Shown here in pieces: positions 58,601 to 64,000 of a DNA stretch of 64,000 nucleotides (position 1 is the stretch's first letter; each line of letters begins with the position of its first letter). Source of the stretch: a virus; IMG/VR virus record IMGVR_UViG_3300020020_000027, positions 11,157 through 75,156 of that record, one strand, 5' to 3'. The translations under genes were made by a program, and so were the position numbers. The notes beneath the pieces were generated by a model that made no database searches, was not told the DNA's origin, and worked only from the letters and a program-made list of their open reading frames with translations.

Positions 58601-61600
58601 TTGGCGCAGCGATCTTTAGTTGCGGCTTTGCCCTTCCTATGGTAGTGCCAATCTGGCTGGTGGGGGAATACATGCATGCCAAGCAAGGTTGATCTCGCCC
58701 AGTAAATACGGCAGACAAGTTAAAAAATCTTGGATTTGTCTGCCGTATTCATTTGGCGAACGACGAAAAATCGGGTATGATTGAGTTACAAGCAAGCAAC
58801 CTCAACAAAGGAGTATCATGGGCGGCATGTTTGATGACCTGATGGAGACGGATACACCCTCCGAGGTCAAGCCCCAAACCGAATCGGACTCTAGCACTGA
58901 CGAGAAGACCGAAACCGACAAGGTGGAGGTTGAGCCGCGCAAGACTCTCACTGTGCCTGGTCTTGACCAGTTGCCAGCGGGATTTGTCGATGTCAAGACT
59001 TTCGCTTGGAAATTGACCCAGAGAAACCTTGAGCAATCCGTTGCCGATGGGCGCACACCTGGCCCTGACGACATGGTTGACACCCAGGCCGTCTACGCTG
59101 CGACCCGTGGCAAGCGCTGGTCGCTTCCTTCGCTGGAAGCAGTCACCCCTGAGGGCACCAAGCTTGGGGTCGTCATCCCGCTCAACGAGGGCCTAACGGC
59201 CTGGGACGAGCGGCCGGAGCGTGGCTCTGGTGGCGGCGTGACCATGACGCCACAGCGACGGGAAACCCGTATTTTGCGGGCTGGCAAGTTCAGGGCACAA
59301 CTGGCCAAGATGAACAAGCGTCACGACCGAATCACCGAACTGCTCAATGAGGTTGGTGCCACTTGGGATGACGCGGACGCGGCTTTCAACGCATGGCTTG
59401 AGACTGAAGACGGAAAGAAGGAAATTGCTGACGCTGATAAGAACGACAAGAACGGCGACGAGTAAGATCCTAGATGAAAGGGGGAGTAATCCCCCTCTCG
59501 TCTTGGGTTTTGCTAGTAACTAGGAGATTAAGTGAGAAATGCACACTGGATGGTCAAGGTTGGATTGACTTTGGGTCTATTGATCCTAGCCGACTATGAC
59601 ATTGGTGGGATGATGAATATCCTAGAAACTCACTACGGTTATGAGTGGTCAATATTAAGCTAGCAAGACCCGCTAAGTTTGGCAATCCCTATAATATCCC
59701 ATTTGAGGTAGGAGTCATGACCTATTGAGGGGTAGGGAAAGTCATGGTCCTTATGCCTTCATTCGAGGGCGAAGGGGATTGCCTTAAAGCGAGGAAGAAC
59801 GTTGGGTAGTGGGTGATCCCAACACTAAAAAGTATGGTCGGTATTATGAATGAGTGTAAAAAGACAGGAAAAAGTAAGCTGTCTAGAAAGATAGCCACAA
59901 AATTAATGATAAAGAACCCTAAACTTACCATAGTTTATTACTGTAAGTATTGTCATTGGCACCATGTTTCAGGAAAGTTACAATGGTGGCTTAAATGATC
60001 GTAAAACATGAGGAATTGCTAAGCCTTCAACCCAATGGCCGAGATTGTGAGGCATGCGGGAGACACATGCATAAACACAAATGGGCCAACCTGGATGATG
60101 AAGGCTTTGTCACAGAATGTAATTTTAGTGTATACGAAAGAGAAGGACTATCAGTGCCAACTCAACGAAGCGAAGATACAATTCAGGCGATGCTAAAGAA
60201 GGTCGACGATTTGCTTGTGCAAGAGCGATTCGAAGATGACCACGAGCTACAGGTCATTCAGCATGTCCTACTCTGGGTTACTGATAATTACTCACCAGAT
60301 AGCTACATCGAAGACTTCTTCCCCGAAGAGGATTAAATGACTTACCAAGACGATATCATTTATACTGTAAGAAGTATCGAAAAATATACCCTGGACTCCG
60401 ATGATGCTGGCGGTGGCACACTGCGCCTTGCCTGCCGCAATAGTAGCGGTAGTAAGGTGTGGATCGAGCTGCAAGGAATCACCTTGGGCCAGTTCACGGA
60501 TTATGTATTGTACAGCATGAAAAAGGACTAGTATTGATCTAGTACCCATGCTAGCATGGGTACTAGATTGGTCGGGCAGAGGACCAGATAAAACGCACAA
60601 TTAATTAAAGGGGCTAAGCGCCCCTTTTTCTTTGGGAGAACAAATTGGACAGCGAATCGACTGACCGAGAAGTTCACATGTTGAAGCTGTTGGCTAACAT
60701 GGTTGATGCTTTCAATGCATGTAAGTTTGTTCAGGCTCATATTGTTTCAGTTGACGAAAACAATTGCCCCGATTGCTTGATGGTTGCCGTCCTCCTAGCA
60801 TTCAGCACGGACGGCGAGCAGAAAGCATACAAAGAAGCTATGTGTCAAGACATGCAGAAGGCAATCCAACAGATCGCAGAAGGTGAAAGGATCGCTAGAA
60901 ACTTGGCGAAATCTTTCGATCAGTTGGAGAAGAAATACTCTCATGACTGAGAAAATCATTATCCTAGTTTTTAGTATCGTCATACTGGGATTGCTATTCG
61001 CCTATTGCGATGAACTAAAACGTCCTGATCCATGTGACGTTCCTACGTCAATTGAATGCATAGAAAATGGTCGTTAATGAAAAATGAACCAATGCGGCCG
61101 GGCGATGTGTTCGCTCTATTGTTACTGATGATAACCCTGGTAGCCGGACTAAGCTTTGCTGCCAAAGGTTGTGCCAAGGGCTCGGAACCAACACCTAAGC
61201 CATCGATAAGTACTCAATAATGTTGGGTTCATTAATTGCACTCCAAATGGAGTGCAATTAATAAAATCAATATTATGGGAGGAACCATGCACTACACCCG
61301 AGAGTTACTAGACGAACTAGTAGCTGAGGGATGGGCACAATGTGTGGTGGACGAAGGCACGGGCTATTCCTATTACATGGCAGCTAGTGGACCTAGCTTT
61401 GTTCAGAGCCAAATGATGAATGAAGCTATTGCCAGTTGTGAACTGGATAGGGACGGCACATACACGATTGGATGAAAGATTGAAATTAGTTATTACTATT
61501 GCAATATTTATGGCCTTAGCCATCTTAATCGGGGCAGCTAAATGCACCGGCGAAACTGATAAGCCAAATCAAACACCCTCGTGCTGCCCGATGGGCACAG

Positions 61601-62611
61601 GTAAGCAGCCAGTACCAACGGAGAGAAGTTCATGAAAGACGATCCATATATCCCAGTACCGATTTCTCCAATGGTGGAAAGTAAAGCTATCGGGGGTCCT
61701 AGACATAACATTAAGCTATCGGCCCCTCGGAACTGGGACGGAATCGTAATGCAGTCACCGAATAGGGTGTACAATGGATATTATAAATGGACAAACGAAC
61801 AAGCTTGGGTCTGGCAAGACCAATCAGCTGGAACAGGTCAACTATCTCGTGGAACAGGTACAGCTCATCACAAACGACGTAAGAATGCTCTCGCATATTA
61901 ATTTGGTCACGGGTGTGGAAGCTCTATTAGCTATTTTAAGATCGCGAAAAGAAGAAGCTTCCGCCCTACTTGATGAATTGACTGTGATAGAAATAACAGA
62001 CTTGCGTAGGGCAGCGGTAGACCTGGCGATGATGTGCAACAAAAAGATATTGGATGAAACTAATGGATGATGATTTTAATGATTTTGATGATTCATTGGC
62101 TCGCGCACTAGTGCTGATGTATTTGAGACCAGGCGAACGACCAAACGCCATAACTACACTAAATAAAATATCCGACCTTCATTTAGCTGAAATAGAACTT
62201 AAGGCTGCCAGCCTCATTAAGCTCTGTCAAAAAGTAAGGGAATCTCGAAAGTAGGTTTCACTGAGCGCATACTCTGTGTGCGCTCATTAAAACTTATTTA
62301 AAAGGAGAACAATGTTTTGGCATAAACTAACTCATAGACATAAGGAATTGTACAAGGCTGGGATAGGCCAAATCAAACTTTGCTCTGGACGATTCCGGAA
62401 TCGTAATATAATTAATCTGGCTGTCTCAATGTATGAACTATATGATACCGTATATGTCGTTCCAAGAGTGAAAGAAATTGAATTCGAAGAGATCGTTAAA
62501 TGCCGTACTGAAGGCGAATTAGCTAGGGTTATCGTAGCTATGATAGAGGTTAGGAAGAATAGTCCATACAAAGTAAAGGTATTGGTTGACGAATGGACTG
62601 GAGAAAAGTAG
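52673..62611 (+). other. Array of about 30 small early-type hypothetical genes separated by long intergenic hairpins
   Basis: Dense + strand ORFs with RBSs and stop/start overlaps (e.g. 52943-53311, 53376-53621, 53618-54022, 54544-54813, 54800-55180, 56055-56387, 56377-56664, 59995-60336, 62312-62611). Confidence 0.7.
58818..59465 (+). CDS. Hypothetical protein with GC-rich codon usage
   Basis: AAGGAG RBS; flanked by hairpins on both sides. Confidence 0.7.
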   Translation: MGGMFDDLMETDTPSEVKPQTESDSSTDEKTETDKVEVEPRKTLTVPGLDQLPAGFVDVKTFAWKLTQRNLEQSVADGRTPGPDDMVDTQAVYAATRGKRWSLPSLEAVTPEGTKLGVVIPLNEGLTAWDERPERGSGGGVTMTPQRRETRILRAGKFRAQLAKMNKRHDRITELLNEVGATWDDADAAFNAWLETEDGKKEIADADKNDKNGDE

Positions 62612-63273
62612 CACAGGATCTACTGAACAAGGCTAGTCACGCTAACACCACTAAGGCAGAAGCCGACGCATACCAAGAAAAAGCTATGTATATCATGGCC
62701 AAGTATGGCATTGATGAAGCCATGTTCAGGCAAAGGGAGAATTCTACAGAGAAACCGACGTTCAAGGTATATAAGCAATTCCATCCTTATGCACATGTTA
62801 AAGAGATGCTACTAGCCAGCGTCGCGTTTACTTTTGGCGGCAAGGTAGTAACATCCAACAAAGACCACTATGTTTTCGCCTACGAAGCTGACTTGGAACG
62901 AGTTCAGTTCCTTTATTTCAGTTTACTTGCACAGATGCACATTGAGTCAGCAGAAATGAAGGTGCCTCAATCAGTCAGCAAGCGATCATACACTGATTCT
63001 TGGCTTAAAGGCTACGTGTACGGTGTAACCTGCCGACTACAGCGGGCATATGCAAAAGCCACTGGAAACGGTAAAGAACTAGTGCTTTTGCGAGATGCAC
63101 AGGTAGAACAAGCCATGAAGGATAAGTTCGGTAAATTGAGAAAGAATACATCTAGTTTTGGCAACGCACATGACTTCCAAGCCTTCGATCAGGGCACAAC
63201 CTCCGGCCTACGGGCCGATATCGGACAAGATCGAATAGCTAAAACCGCTGGTCAGAAGACGCTTGGATATTAG
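62593..63273 (+). CDS. DUF2786-domain protein
   Basis: LLNKA...TKAEADAY..KA..IMAKYGID signature. Confidence 0.7.
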   Translation: MDWRKVAQDLLNKASHANTTKAEADAYQEKAMYIMAKYGIDEAMFRQRENSTEKPTFKVYKQFHPYAHVKEMLLASVAFTFGGKVVTSNKDHYVFAYEADLERVQFLYFSLLAQMHIESAEMKVPQSVSKRSYTDSWLKGYVYGVTCRLQRAYAKATGNGKELVLLRDAQVEQAMKDKFGKLRKNTSSFGNAHDFQAFDQGTTSGLRADIGQDRIAKTAGQKTLGY

Positions 63274-63275
63274 CC

Positions 63276-63304
63276 TTGACAGTCGCGTCAAGGACAGGTA
63301 ACGT
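63276..63304 (+). promoter_or_regulatory. Putative housekeeping-sigma promoter
   Basis: TTGACA-N17-TAACGT in an intergenic gap. Confidence 0.6.
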
Positions 63305-63352
63305 TGTTGGTGGCAGGTGAAAGCTTGCCGCCCAAAAAATAAAAGGACACCC

Positions 63353-63709
63353 ATGCACTACACAGATGAAGAACTTGAACTTTTCGAAAGAGATGTTGAT
63401 AAGCTTCATGGTCTGTGGCTTGCCTACATCAATGACAAAGTAAAGGGCGAACTGCCTGAGCACCAGGCACCTGGACTCATTGCCATGTGTGCGGAAATTT
63501 TCACGCAGATCATGCATAGGCTGCACGAGGCAGAGGGAGAAAACCTCGGGGTTGCTCTTGATGAGCAGCGAATTGGTGCTATCCTGGCGAACGTGTTTGA
63601 CTTCGGTCAGTATGCTGCTCAGCATGGCGTGGACAGAGCCAACATGACCCCTTGTGGTTGTGACATAAAGCTAACCGACGATGATATCCGTAACCTACTA
63701 GGTAATTAA
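63353..63709 (+). CDS. Hypothetical protein
   Basis: AAGGA RBS before ATG 63353. Confidence 0.6.
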   Translation: MHYTDEELELFERDVDKLHGLWLAYINDKVKGELPEHQAPGLIAMCAEIFTQIMHRLHEAEGENLGVALDEQRIGAILANVFDFGQYAAQHGVDRANMTPCGCDIKLTDDDIRNLLGN

Positions 63710-63846
63710 AATGGTTGGAATTGGACTAGATGTAAATTGTTGTCTATCGTCCTCCCCGGACAAATAAGCAGTCTCTTTACATTGAGTGGTCACCAAAGGG
63801 TCCATATGCTGGTGGGGGTTAGGCCAGCGCCAAAATTTCATAGCGA

Positions 63847-63917
63847 CGCGGGTGTAGTGGAGTAGTACCACGTCGGGCTCATAACCCGAAGGCGCCGTGC
63901 AAATCGGACACCCGCCA
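63847..63917 (+). tRNA. tRNA-Met (CAU), initiator type, atypical T arm
   Basis: C1:C72 mismatch, acceptor GCGGGT/ACCCGC, anticodon arm TCGGG-CTCATAA-CCCGA with three G:C pairs. Confidence 0.8.
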
Positions 63918-64000
63918 CTAGTGATCAGACGTATGGTGATTAGGGAGATCCTAATACGACTGTCCATTTCGAAGGAACGTCTAGCGACGCTACAAGTTCA

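Noticed and set aside
1-64000. Lysogeny module, DGR or retron
   Set aside because: No integrase, CI-like repressor or reverse transcriptase motifs are recognisable. Such genes could lie outside the window.

Overview
The window looks like most of a tailed siphovirus-type phage genome. The host is probably an actinomycete; this is inferred from a DUF2637/SpdA-like gene, the endolysin and holin types, and an actinobacterial-style secreted protein. Positions 1-17222 (+) form a DNA metabolism module: SNF2 helicase, glycosyltransferase, MazG-like NTPase, tRNA-Gln, Cas4/PD-(D/E)XK nuclease, Sak4-like ATPase, SSB-like protein, prim-pol, RecD-like helicase, UDG-PolA fusion and RuvC-like resolvase. Positions 17252-44757 (-) form a virion and lysis operon: TerL, Mu-like portal and protease, major capsid, tail tube, a fibre/decoration cassette, a frameshifted tail chaperone, tape measure, Dit, minor tails, endolysin and holin. 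Positions ~45600-64000 (+) hold many small early-type genes and end in tRNA-fMet. No integrase, reverse transcriptase or CRISPR array is seen. The most unusual element is a ~5.5 kb field (about 45070-50520) at the point where transcription diverges. It is saturated with GGACA/TGTCC pentamers (about 9-fold enriched by hand count), often spaced 9-10 bp apart, with a polarity flip near 45390, and it runs through small ORFs. Other notable items are an exact 13-aa copy of the major capsid N-terminus at the front of the protease/scaffold ORF, an Acb2/Tad1-like anti-defence gene in the head module, a four-copy GATCG-N10-RRAATTCC element, about 12 RNase III-like intergenic hairpins, and structured RNA candidates beside both tRNAs. 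All family assignments come from motif recognition by eye, not database searches.
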